29,341 nt of DNA from the NCBI GenBank assembly GCA_913020725.1, contig CAJWCD010000028.1, positions 1 to 29,341 of the forward strand, written 5' to 3'. Shown piece after piece: positions 9,154 through 17,604 of this stretch. Position 1 is the stretch's first letter, and each line of letters opens with the position of its first letter. Origin of the DNA: an uncultured Pseudomonadota bacterium (lineage in GTDB: Bacteria > SAR324 > NAC60-12). Made by a program: the position numbers and the translations under genes. The notes under the pieces are model-generated. The model was not told where the DNA came from, ran no database searches, and saw only the letters and a program-made list of their open reading frames with translations.

Positions 9154-9849
9154 GTGACCGACAATCTCCCCGCTCCGCTCGCACTCATTGGCATGTCCGG
9201 AGCCGGGAAATCCTACTGGTCTCACAAGCTTGCAACCTACGGTTATTTGCGCATCGGCTGCGATGATCGTATCGCCGACCACTTGCAAACCCTGCCGAAC
9301 CAATCCGGAAGTTCCACCCGCCGGATGGCCGACTGGATGGGGCTACCGTTCGACCCCGGATATGCGGAGGCGGAGCGGCAGTACATGGGGTGCGAGGTGG
9401 CGGTGACGGAGGAAATCTGCGAACTGCTGGAGAACACTCCGGCAGAGCAACCCGTGGTCATTGACACGACCGGCAGTTTGGTGTACGTTGGCGAAGCCTT
9501 GCTCAAGCGATTCAAATCACTGGCAACGTTGGTGTACCTGAGCATGCCCACGGAATTCTCGGAGCCGCTTTACAAAACCTTCTTGAACGACCCCAAGCCG
9601 ATGGTCTGGCAGGGACACTTCACCCCTCGTCCCGGAGAAGGCAATGACGCGACCCTCGCCCGTTGCCTTCCGGAACTGCTGGAGTCACGCCGCCGGGACT
9701 ATTCCGCGCTTGCCGATCACCAACTCGATTTCCAAACCCTGCGCAAGCCCGGAATGGAGATTCAGGACTTCCTGCACCTGGCGACCTCGAAAGCCCCGCC
9801 TGATTCCGGCCTCGCTTTCCTCTTGAAAGCCAAGCAACGCCGGATATGA
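9154..9849 (+). CDS. P-loop NTPase, shikimate-kinase-like fold
   Basis: ALIGMSGAGKS Walker A, CDDRI, VIDTTGSLVY and a C-terminal R..Y motif. Confidence 0.8.
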   Translation: MTDNLPAPLALIGMSGAGKSYWSHKLATYGYLRIGCDDRIADHLQTLPNQSGSSTRRMADWMGLPFDPGYAEAERQYMGCEVAVTEEICELLENTPAEQPVVIDTTGSLVYVGEALLKRFKSLATLVYLSMPTEFSEPLYKTFLNDPKPMVWQGHFTPRPGEGNDATLARCLPELLESRRRDYSALADHQLDFQTLRKPGMEIQDFLHLATSKAPPDSGLAFLLKAKQRRI

Positions 9850-9862
9850 TGCTCGTTGCGGC

Positions 9863-9890
9863 TTGACCGTTGGGCGGTTCATGCTATGAT
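9863..9890 (+). promoter_or_regulatory. Sigma70-type promoter (extended -10) for the puuD-like gene
   Basis: TTGACC, 16-bp spacer, TGcTATGAT; strong RBS AAGGAGGA at 9917-9924. Confidence 0.6.
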
Positions 9891-9924
9891 TTTTGATTTT
9901 GATCTCAACCCAAAATAAGGAGGA

Positions 9925-10623
9925 ATGATGGACCTCATTTCAATTGACGGATGGTACTTGCTGTTGCGCTGGATTCATTTATTGGCGGGCATCACCTGGA
10001 TCGGCCTCTTGTACTATTTCAACTTCGTGCAGGGAGAGTGGTTCAAGGAAACCGAGGCGAGCGCGAAATCCGCCGCCGTCCAGAAACTGGTGCCCCGTGC
10101 CTTGTGGTGGTTCCGCTGGGGAGCGATGTTCACGTTCCTTGCGGGCGCCCTGACCCTGATGACCAAAGGCCATCAGGCCGGCTGGGAAATCTACGCGACT
10201 TCCTGGGGCATCTTCATCTTGACTGGAAGTTTGCTCGGCACCTTGATGTTCCTGAACGTCTGGCTGATCATCTGGCCCAAGCAGCAGGTCATCATCGCCT
10301 CGACCAATCAGCTCGCTGAAGGCGGGGAGGCGTTGCCGGATGTCGCCGCTTGCACGGCAAAAGCAGGCTTGGCTTCCAGAACCAACACCCTGTTTTCGAT
10401 TCCGATGCTGCTCTTCATGGCCAGCGCGAGCCACCTGCCGATGAGTGTCACCGAAGAGACCAACTTCACTTCGCTTTTCTGGGTGCTGGCGGTCATCATT
10501 GGAGTGATCCAAGTCAACGCGATTGTTGGAAAACCGGGGCCGATGGCTTCCGTCAAAGGCGTGATCACCTCGGGTTGTGTACTCACGGTCGTCCTCTACG
10601 GAGCAATCGGCATCCTCGCCTAA
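9925..10623 (+). CDS. puuD: Urate hydroxylase PuuD-like integral membrane protein (short form, no fused cytochrome c)
   Basis: LRWIHLLAGITWIGLLYYFNFVQ, ALWWFRWGA, MFLNVWLIIWPKQ and SRTNTLFSIPMLLFMASASH motifs of the Urate_ox_N/COG3748 family. Confidence 0.8.
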   Translation: MMDLISIDGWYLLLRWIHLLAGITWIGLLYYFNFVQGEWFKETEASAKSAAVQKLVPRALWWFRWGAMFTFLAGALTLMTKGHQAGWEIYATSWGIFILTGSLLGTLMFLNVWLIIWPKQQVIIASTNQLAEGGEALPDVAACTAKAGLASRTNTLFSIPMLLFMASASHLPMSVTEETNFTSLFWVLAVIIGVIQVNAIVGKPGPMASVKGVITSGCVLTVVLYGAIGILA

Positions 10624-10724
10624 ACCTTGCGGTAGTGAATCCGGAGGCCCGCTGGCTTCCCGGGTTCCCTGCCCAAGTTTCTGCCGCTTTGCGGATCTGT
10701 TCCTGATCGCTGTTTTATACGTCA

Positions 10725-11126
10725 GTGTCCGTCTTGCGTCTCTTCCATCAAGTTTTTCTCGCCTTCTTGTTGGCATTCGTCCTTGTGTTCTCAGGGTGTG
10801 AGAAGTCGGATAAAAACCAGGAATCGTCCCCAACCGCTCAAGCCACTGAGGAAGCCGCAGCAACTCAGCCAGCCGAAGCGGGCATTGCCAAAAGGGGAAA
10901 ATCCCTCTACTTCGCCAACTGCATCGCTTGCCACAACACCGACCCCACCAAGGCCGGAAGTGTGGGGCCTGCCATCTCTGATTCCTCCAAGGAACTCCTG
11001 ACTCTCAAGGTCACTCAAGGCACCTATCCCGAAGGGTATCAACCGAAGCGGACCACAAAACTGATGCCTCCCCTGCCCAACCTCAAAGCAGGCATCCCGT
11101 TCCTGTACGCTTTTTTGAACCCGTAA
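10725..11126 (+). CDS. Monoheme cytochrome c lipoprotein
   Basis: Lipobox FSG-C, Ala/Gln/Glu-rich linker, CIACH heme motif, GP motif and a distal Met candidate in LMPPLP. Confidence 0.85.
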   Translation: MSVLRLFHQVFLAFLLAFVLVFSGCEKSDKNQESSPTAQATEEAAATQPAEAGIAKRGKSLYFANCIACHNTDPTKAGSVGPAISDSSKELLTLKVTQGTYPEGYQPKRTTKLMPPLPNLKAGIPFLYAFLNP

Positions 11127-11253
11127 ATTTCAGGTGACCTCCCATAGTTCAGTCTTCCTGAATTTTCGGTCCGTCAAATCCCCCTGCTGAATTCAGAGCG
11201 CGTTTCTGCTATCCTAATCGTTCCAAAGACGATCCGCCTGGTGAGTTGCACCC

Positions 11254-11934
11254 ATGTCCGTTTTTCAGTTGCCTTCGGGCCTCCCGTTGTTCCCAGACCC
11301 GGACGCCGCCGAACCGGATGGGTTGCTGGCGGTGGGTGGTGATCTTTCCCCACAGCGGTTGCTCGCGGCTTACCAGCGTGGCATCTTTCCGTGGTACGAG
11401 GACGGGCAGCCCATCTTGTGGTGGAGTCCGGACCCAAGGCTGGTGTTGTTCCCGGAGGAGTTTCACGTCTCTCGCCGCTTGCGCCGCACACTACGGCAGG
11501 GTGTCTTCACGGTACAGTTTGACACGGCCTTTGCCGAAGTCATTCGCAACTGCGCGGAAATCCGGACCAGCACGGGCGAGGGCACTTGGATCACACAGGA
11601 GATGCAGGACGCTTACAACCACATGCACGAACTCGGCTACGCTCATTCGGTGGAGGTGTGGCAGGAGAGGCAACTGGTGGGAGGCGTTTACGGAATTTCA
11701 TTAGGACGCTGCTTTTTTGGCGAATCAATGTTCAGTTGTCGTAGCAACGCCTCCAAAATCGCGCTGGCCACTTTGTCAAAACGAGCCGCTGAACTAGAAT
11801 TGGAACTGATTGATTGCCAAATGACCACGCGACACTTGCTCAGCCTCGGGGCACGGGAACTGCCGCGCCGCGAGTTCCTAGGACTGGTTCGAGAGGGGAT
11901 GCGTTACCCCACTCGGCGTGAACTTTGGAGTTGA
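11254..11934 (+). CDS. aat: Leucyl/phenylalanyl-tRNA--protein transferase
   Basis: GLLAVGGDLSP, AYQRGIFPW, WWSPDPR, GYAHSVEVW, FFGESMFS and IDCQM. Confidence 0.96.
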   Translation: MSVFQLPSGLPLFPDPDAAEPDGLLAVGGDLSPQRLLAAYQRGIFPWYEDGQPILWWSPDPRLVLFPEEFHVSRRLRRTLRQGVFTVQFDTAFAEVIRNCAEIRTSTGEGTWITQEMQDAYNHMHELGYAHSVEVWQERQLVGGVYGISLGRCFFGESMFSCRSNASKIALATLSKRAAELELELIDCQMTTRHLLSLGARELPRREFLGLVREGMRYPTRRELWS

Positions 11935-11946
11935 TCCCGAATCGCT

Positions 11947-12594
11947 ATGGCTGTCCGACCTCGCCGCACCCTGCACTTCCAGCTTAACGTTCCGGTGGTA
12001 CTCTCGTTGCTTGGGCTGAGTGCCTTCTGTCTCGCCGTGATGTTCTACTTGGGGCTGATCACGGGCAAGAGCCTGCGGGTTCCGGCAGTTCCCATCGCAC
12101 AAACCCCTGCAAACGTGGAGGGCGAATCTGGGGGAAAAACGCTCACCGAGGAAGAGTTGTCATTCTACAATCTTGGCGAACAGCAGTCTGACAACTTGAA
12201 CCTCGACCTCAAGAAACTCAACAAACTGCGCGAGAAAACGGACTCCCTAGCCGCTGAAGAATCCACTCCAACCACAACCCCGCAAGCCCCCCAAACGCCA
12301 AAATCACCAACCGCCACAGTTTCCAAACCCAAACCACCGCAAGCCTCAAAAAACCAAGCACGGTACACGATTCAGGTGTTCTCGTCCCGTAAGCGTGCCA
12401 ACGCCGAGGTGGTTTCGACACGGCTCCGCCGCAACGGTTTTCCGGATGCCTATATTGACCGCTATGAATCGGCAGACAAACGAGTGCTGTATCGCGTGAG
12501 AGTGGGGAAGCTGGACAAAACCAAGGCTCAAGCGGAGGCACTGCGGCTCCAGCAGCTCGATTTCATCGAATCCGCACAGATCACGCGAATCTAA
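11947..12594 (+). CDS. Membrane-anchored SPOR-domain cell-division protein (FtsN/DedD-like)
   Basis: N-terminal TM helix (FYLGLITGK), Pro/Thr/Lys linker, and C-terminal YTIQVFS...NA...YRVRVG SPOR motif. Confidence 0.85.
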   Translation: MAVRPRRTLHFQLNVPVVLSLLGLSAFCLAVMFYLGLITGKSLRVPAVPIAQTPANVEGESGGKTLTEEELSFYNLGEQQSDNLNLDLKKLNKLREKTDSLAAEESTPTTTPQAPQTPKSPTATVSKPKPPQASKNQARYTIQVFSSRKRANAEVVSTRLRRNGFPDAYIDRYESADKRVLYRVRVGKLDKTKAQAEALRLQQLDFIESAQITRI

Positions 12595-12602
12595 CGCTCC
12601 GG

Positions 12603-13298
12603 ATGTCCGAATACTTCCACAGCACGAACTCTCCGTACTATGCGGTCGCCACAGCGTTGCCGCTGCTGATTTGTTACGAAGTCTTGGTGGTTGCCACCCA
12701 GACCCCGTACTGGGCGATCCGGAACGCTGCTGATGTTTGGATGCGCACTTTTTTTCTCGCCTTTGAAATCAAGCCGCAGCACCTCAGTTTCCTGATGATC
12801 GGGGCTATGATCATTGCCCTTCCGTTTGCCCGCCGCTACGCCCAAGGGGTGGAGTTGCGCCCCCGCTACTTTGTGATGATCCTTGGAGAGTCACTGGGGT
12901 ACAGTCTCCTACTGGGCATCGTCCTGCGCCTTGTACTCAGCAATCTGCTACTCTCGATTGGCGGCAGCGACATTGGCTTGCTGCAAAACCTCGCGCTCTC
13001 GATTGGAGCTGGGTTGTTTGAGGAGTTTTTCTTCCGGGTGCTGCTGCTCGGAGTGCTGCTCTGGTTTATCAAGCACCTCATCCCCAACGAGAACTTTGGT
13101 GGCATCTTGTCCGTTTTATTGGCTGCGTTTCTGTTTTCCGGTAGCCACTACATCGGCAACATGGCTGATTCGTTCACTTGGTACAGCTTCCTCTACCGCT
13201 GGCTGGCGGGTGTCGCCTTCACGGCCTTGTACTACTTTCGAGGTTTTGCCGTCACCTCCTGCACCCATGCCCTCTACGACATCCGGGTGCTGCTGTGA
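12603..13298 (+). CDS. CPBP (CAAX/Abi) family intramembrane metalloprotease
   Basis: EEFFFR, FSGSH and HALYD motifs; multiple TM segments. Confidence 0.88.
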   Translation: MSEYFHSTNSPYYAVATALPLLICYEVLVVATQTPYWAIRNAADVWMRTFFLAFEIKPQHLSFLMIGAMIIALPFARRYAQGVELRPRYFVMILGESLGYSLLLGIVLRLVLSNLLLSIGGSDIGLLQNLALSIGAGLFEEFFFRVLLLGVLLWFIKHLIPNENFGGILSVLLAAFLFSGSHYIGNMADSFTWYSFLYRWLAGVAFTALYYFRGFAVTSCTHALYDIRVLL

Positions 13299-13385
13299 GT
13301 GGTTGGTGGTCAGTGGTCCGTTTTCGGCGGCCGATTATCTATTGTTGTCTTTGCCCCTTTGGGACTTTGAAACTAACGAAACCTC

Positions 13386-14555
13386 ATGACTGAAATGCGC
13401 GTCCCTCTGTTGGATCTCAAGCCTCAACTTAACGAACTCCACGAGGAAATCCTCAGTGCCGTGACCCGTGTGGTCGCATCTACCCAGTACATCATGGGGC
13501 CGGAAATCGACGCACTGGAGCGCGAGCTCGCCGACTATTGCGGAACGAACGATGCCGTGGGTGTGTCCTCCGGAACGGATGCCCTGCTGCTCTCGCTGAT
13601 GGCGCTAGACGTGGGAGCGGGTGATTTGGTGCTGGTGCCGGATTTCACCTTCTTCGCCACCGCCGGGGTGGTTTCTCGGCTCAACGCGACTCCAGTGTTT
13701 GTGGACGTGGACCCCGTTTCCTACAACCTCGATCCCGAACAGGTCCGGATCACTCTGCAACGGCTCGGTACCGATGCGAGTCGCGTGAAGGCAATGATCC
13801 CCGTGCATCTCTATGGGCAGTGTGCGGACATGAAGCCGCTGCTGGAAATCGCCAAGGAGCAGGGATTCGCCGTGATTGAGGACGCCGCGCAGGCGATTGG
13901 CGCGGAGTACGAACTGGACGGAAAAGTACGGCGAGCTGGAAGCATGGGTGAGTTGGGCGCCTTCTCGTTCTTTCCGACAAAAAACCTAGGCGGAATCGGT
14001 GATGGCGGCATCATCACCGTCAACGATCCGGAGCTTGCCAAAACTCTGCGCATCAAGCGCGTGCATGGCGGCGAACCGAAGTACCACCACAAAGTGATTG
14101 GCGGCAACTTCCGGCTCGACCCCTTGCAGGCGGCGGTGATCCGCGTCAAGCTCCCTCGGCTGGAAGCCTGGCACGCGCAACGTCGGGAAAACGCGGAGCG
14201 CTACACGCGCCTGATCAACGAAGCCAGCATTGGCGAGTTTGTGCGGACTCCGGAAGCGGTGTTGCCGGAACACCTCACGAACCGACACATCTATAACCAG
14301 TATGTGATCCGGACGCAGCAACGCGATGAGCTACGGGCGTTTTTGCAAAGCCGCAACGTGGCGTCCGAAATCTACTATCCGATTCCCTTCCACCAACAGG
14401 AGTGCTTCGCGTACCTCAAGCCCCGCAGCGACGACTACCCGGTTTCACGCACGGCAGCGCAGCAGGTGCTGGCCCTGCCGATCTATCCAGGGCTGACTGT
14501 GGAAATGCAGGAATACGCCGTGGCGCAGCTTCGGGAGTTTTATCTGGGAGGATGA
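13386..14555 (+). CDS. DegT/DnrJ/EryC1/StrS PLP-dependent sugar aminotransferase
   Basis: SSGTDAL, FTFFAT, PVHLYGQ, IEDAAQAIG, SFFPTKNLG (PLP Lys) and LALPIYP. Confidence 0.95.
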   Translation: MTEMRVPLLDLKPQLNELHEEILSAVTRVVASTQYIMGPEIDALERELADYCGTNDAVGVSSGTDALLLSLMALDVGAGDLVLVPDFTFFATAGVVSRLNATPVFVDVDPVSYNLDPEQVRITLQRLGTDASRVKAMIPVHLYGQCADMKPLLEIAKEQGFAVIEDAAQAIGAEYELDGKVRRAGSMGELGAFSFFPTKNLGGIGDGGIITVNDPELAKTLRIKRVHGGEPKYHHKVIGGNFRLDPLQAAVIRVKLPRLEAWHAQRRENAERYTRLINEASIGEFVRTPEAVLPEHLTNRHIYNQYVIRTQQRDELRAFLQSRNVASEIYYPIPFHQQECFAYLKPRSDDYPVSRTAAQQVLALPIYPGLTVEMQEYAVAQLREFYLGG

Positions 14556-14632
14556 TCCGGTTGAGATGATTACCAATCCCGGGTAGTCTCCCCCTTGAGT
14601 GTTGTTCCTCTGAAAATCGTGAAAAATAACTC

Positions 14633-14655
14633 CCCGATAGCTACTGGCTATCGGG
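14633..14655 (-). terminator. 9-bp stem hairpin, probable intrinsic terminator for the convergent minus-strand run
   Basis: CCCGATAGC-TACTG-GCTATCGGG; followed on the minus strand by GAGTTATTTTTC. Confidence 0.5.
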
Positions 14656-14907
14656 CTGGAATTTCATCCCCGCATCCAACGCGAAACTTACAACCACTCG
14701 CTCGTCACCCAAAATTGGCGGCTGACGCTTTATCCAGAATCGGAGGGCTGGGGAGAACTCTTTGATCTGGAGGCAGACCCCGGAGAGCATTGCAATCGGT
14801 TCAATGATCCCGCCTATCGGACAATCCGGGAGCAACTGACACAACGGCTCATACAGGAGTTTCCTGCAAGGCCGGAGGCCGGAACCATGTTGCTTGCGAA
14901 GTGGTGA
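14656..14907 (+). pseudogene. C-terminal remnant of a sulfatase-family gene
   Basis: Translates LEFHPRIQRETYNHSLVTQNWRLTLYPESEGWGELFDLEADPGEHCNRFNDPAYRTIREQL...AKW*, carrying the ELxDLxxDPxExxN sulfatase C-terminal motif. In-frame TAG at 14638-14640 and no start codon or N-terminal domain. Confidence 0.8.
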
Positions 14908-14964
14908 AGGAGATGTGAAACGGGAAACGACCGAGGTGAGTCGTTTCCGTGAGGAGGGGGGAAC

Positions 14965-16128
14965 CTACTCGGCGTCCGGATTGATGAACACCATGCGGTT
15001 GCCGGACACCGACTGCGTGGCAACCTCGATTTCCAAGTCGCGCAGATCCCGACGGATTTTTCGGCGCAGGCGGCTTTTTTCCTCGGATGAGAAGAGTTCG
15101 AGTTCGAGGTAGTTCCGGGTGTTCTTCAGTTCCGAAAGTTGCTGGAATCCGGGGCTGCCCTCAAGGTAGTCGAGGATCGCGTCTTCCTGATCGAAGGAGA
15201 AGTTCCGGAAGATGATCAGGTAGGCGAATCCAGAATCCCCCACGTTTTGGTAGAACTCGGCAATGCGTGAGATTGCCTGCCGTCCGGCTTCTGCTCCAGC
15301 ACGAACCCCCGCCTTGCCCAGCATTCGGTACCAGTCGTAATTGCCGGGTTTCTTAGCGGAAAGCTCCTTGCCTTCGGTGACAATATCGGCGATCTGCCGT
15401 CCTGTGGCAGCATCGTAAATTCCCAGTCGCAGGGTGGTCTTGACCGCCCAGAACCCGCCGCCGCGCTGGTCACGTTTCCCGGCAATCATTTCCATCTGCA
15501 CGAGGATTTCCGCTTGTTGGTCCAGCGCGAGTGCCAGCAAGTTGTCCACCGCACGATCCACCAAAGCCTCCTGCTCAATGGCCTGATAGATGCGAGTCAT
15601 CTGCTGGTCGTTGAACATCCGGAAGCCCGCCTTGTTGAACTCTTCACGGACCACTCCCAGCGTGGTGGTCACCGCCCCGTTGTCGCGGGGTAGGGCATGG
15701 GGGTCTTGGCTGTGAGAGACGATCATCAGTCGCTTGTTCCCCATTTTTTTGTGGAGAATCCGGAGCGCGGTGAGGCTGTCCTTGATTTTGCCTTCCTCGA
15801 CCTCGGCCCGAATGGTCACCTCGTACACCGTGCCCCCGCTGGCGAGACCCTCCTTGAGGATTTCGTAGTTGGAAACGAAGCCTTGGCTGGTGCTGAGGAT
15901 TTCGTCTCGAATCACCTCGTAGTTACGGGCCAGCGTGTTGGAATCAATCACCACGCCAACCCCTTGTTCCACGGCTTGGCGCTGGGCGTTCTTGAGGGCC
16001 TGAATCCGTGCACTTCCCGTGTTATTACTATAGATCGTCGCCGATCCGGTGGCCTCGACTTCGCGGGAGTGCAGCGTTCCAGCGGCAACACAAACGAGCA
16101 ATCCGGCAAGCAAAATTTTCCAGCACAT
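14965..16128 (-). CDS. Secreted protein with FlgT N-terminal (LPP20-like) domain
   Basis: Signal peptide; VEATGSA...ARIQALKNAQRQAVEQGVGVVIDS...GFVSNYEIL...YEVTIRAEV, typical of FlgT_N; followed by an alpha/beta domain. Confidence 0.75.
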   Translation of the reverse strand: MCWKILLAGLLVCVAAGTLHSREVEATGSATIYSNNTGSARIQALKNAQRQAVEQGVGVVIDSNTLARNYEVIRDEILSTSQGFVSNYEILKEGLASGGTVYEVTIRAEVEEGKIKDSLTALRILHKKMGNKRLMIVSHSQDPHALPRDNGAVTTTLGVVREEFNKAGFRMFNDQQMTRIYQAIEQEALVDRAVDNLLALALDQQAEILVQMEMIAGKRDQRGGGFWAVKTTLRLGIYDAATGRQIADIVTEGKELSAKKPGNYDWYRMLGKAGVRAGAEAGRQAISRIAEFYQNVGDSGFAYLIIFRNFSFDQEDAILDYLEGSPGFQQLSELKNTRNYLELELFSSEEKSRLRRKIRRDLRDLEIEVATQSVSGNRMVFINPDAE

Positions 16129-16148
16129 GGACAGTTTTCGGGAAAGGA

Positions 16149-17573
16149 TTATTCCAGCGTCAGCGGTTGCACCGGTTGGGTGTCCGCATCCGTTTGCATT
16201 GGCGTGACTGCTTGACTCTGCGTCTGCTTGGAGAGTCGTGGCAACTCAACAGGCTTCAACGTCGCGGCTCCGGAACCAGTGGTTTGGGCACCGCTGGCCA
16301 ACGACACTGGAAACTGCCGTGCCTCCAGCCGCACCGGACGGATCATCGTGGTTTCGGGAGGTGGACGCCGACCTGCCGCGTCAATGGTCTGCTCGGCAAT
16401 CGGGTCCAGCGGGTTGTAATCCCCCAGCCACACTTGAGTGTCGGTCCACGCTTGTGCGTATTTCGGGTCCGGATGCAGCAGGTTTGCTTGCGCAAAGTGA
16501 TGCGCCGCAAGCGGCAGGTTGCCCGCCAATTGGTGAACCACGCCGAGATTGTAATGCACGGCAAGTCGGTTCCGCGCCTCCTGCTCTCCGGGAACCCGCG
16601 TGTGCGCCTTGACGAGGATGCCGTAGCGATAAACGTTTTCACGGGAAAGCCGCTGGTGCAGTGCCATGTCCAGCCCCGGCTCGTCAAACGTTTGACCACG
16701 CAGGCGCAGCAACTTGCTCATCACCGCCTTGGGCACTTCGGTAGCACGCAATTCGACATAGGCGGGCGTTGTGAATGCAAAACGATGCTGCTCCGGAAAG
16801 GGCTGGGGGGCATAGAGAACCGTGTTCCAGGCCTTGATCGCCAAGGCGTAATCTCCGCCTTCGGCATGGCCGATACCCTCCACAATGCGGGGATGGCCGA
16901 AATTCACGAAGCCCATGGTCCACGGCACCGGAACTGTGCCGGGATCGAGAGCGACGACGTACTCGCGAGCCACAGGGTTGATCTCGTCCACCAAGCGGCG
17001 CATCATCAGCCCTCCGAGGCGGATGACCTCATCCTCCGGGTCCGGAATCAGCAGCATGCGATCTTCACCCGTGTACACTTGCTGGTAGCTCACCAACAAA
17101 CGCTTTTGGGCAAGGGGTTGTTTGCGGGTGCGCTTGGTGAACTCGAACTCGATTTCTAGGTCGATCGTGCGGTGAAGCAATTTCTCGGTCTGTTGATTCT
17201 CGATAAACTCCACCGCTTGCTTCTTCACGAGTTCCCCGGAACTCTGCGCCTGCGCGACCTGTCGGTTCATCAGCACCACTGTGGTCTGCGGACGGGATTC
17301 ATCCACATCCCGGATGGACAGCACACGCACCTCGGCGTTGATCAAGGCGACATCGTCTGTGGTGGCATCCGGATAATCCTCCAGATACTCGAAAAAGGAG
17401 GAACCCTCAATCTCCCGGATGAGCAGATCTCGCAGGAGGCTGGATTTCTCTCCTTTGAAGCGGTCAATGTAGAGGGCGGTGATCCCCATGAAAGGCTTGC
17501 CTTGGGAGGGAGGGTAGTAATGGATTTGCCCAGTTGTGCAGGCACTCAGGACGAGCAGCGCCAGCAGTAACAC
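16149..17573 (-). CDS. Lipoprotein with CsgG/TolB-N-like N-terminal region and TPR motifs (start uncertain)
   Basis: Lipobox LSA-C; TPR-like GDYALAIKAWN and VHYNLGVVHQLAGNLPLAAHHFAQA; low-complexity C-terminal tail. The nearest in-frame start is GTG 17573. Confidence 0.7.
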   Translation of the reverse strand: MLLLALLVLSACTTGQIHYYPPSQGKPFMGITALYIDRFKGEKSSLLRDLLIREIEGSSFFEYLEDYPDATTDDVALINAEVRVLSIRDVDESRPQTTVVLMNRQVAQAQSSGELVKKQAVEFIENQQTEKLLHRTIDLEIEFEFTKRTRKQPLAQKRLLVSYQQVYTGEDRMLLIPDPEDEVIRLGGLMMRRLVDEINPVAREYVVALDPGTVPVPWTMGFVNFGHPRIVEGIGHAEGGDYALAIKAWNTVLYAPQPFPEQHRFAFTTPAYVELRATEVPKAVMSKLLRLRGQTFDEPGLDMALHQRLSRENVYRYGILVKAHTRVPGEQEARNRLAVHYNLGVVHQLAGNLPLAAHHFAQANLLHPDPKYAQAWTDTQVWLGDYNPLDPIAEQTIDAAGRRPPPETTMIRPVRLEARQFPVSLASGAQTTGSGAATLKPVELPRLSKQTQSQAVTPMQTDADTQPVQPLTLE

Positions 17574-17604
17574 CCCCCATTTGGGAAGCTGCTGTCCAAG
17601 CGCC

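Noticed and set aside
9979..10863. 294-aa minus-strand ORF
   Set aside because: Shadow of the puuD-like and cytochrome c genes.
16008..17159. 383-aa plus-strand ORF
   Set aside because: Antisense to the lipoprotein gene, with no recognisable domain.
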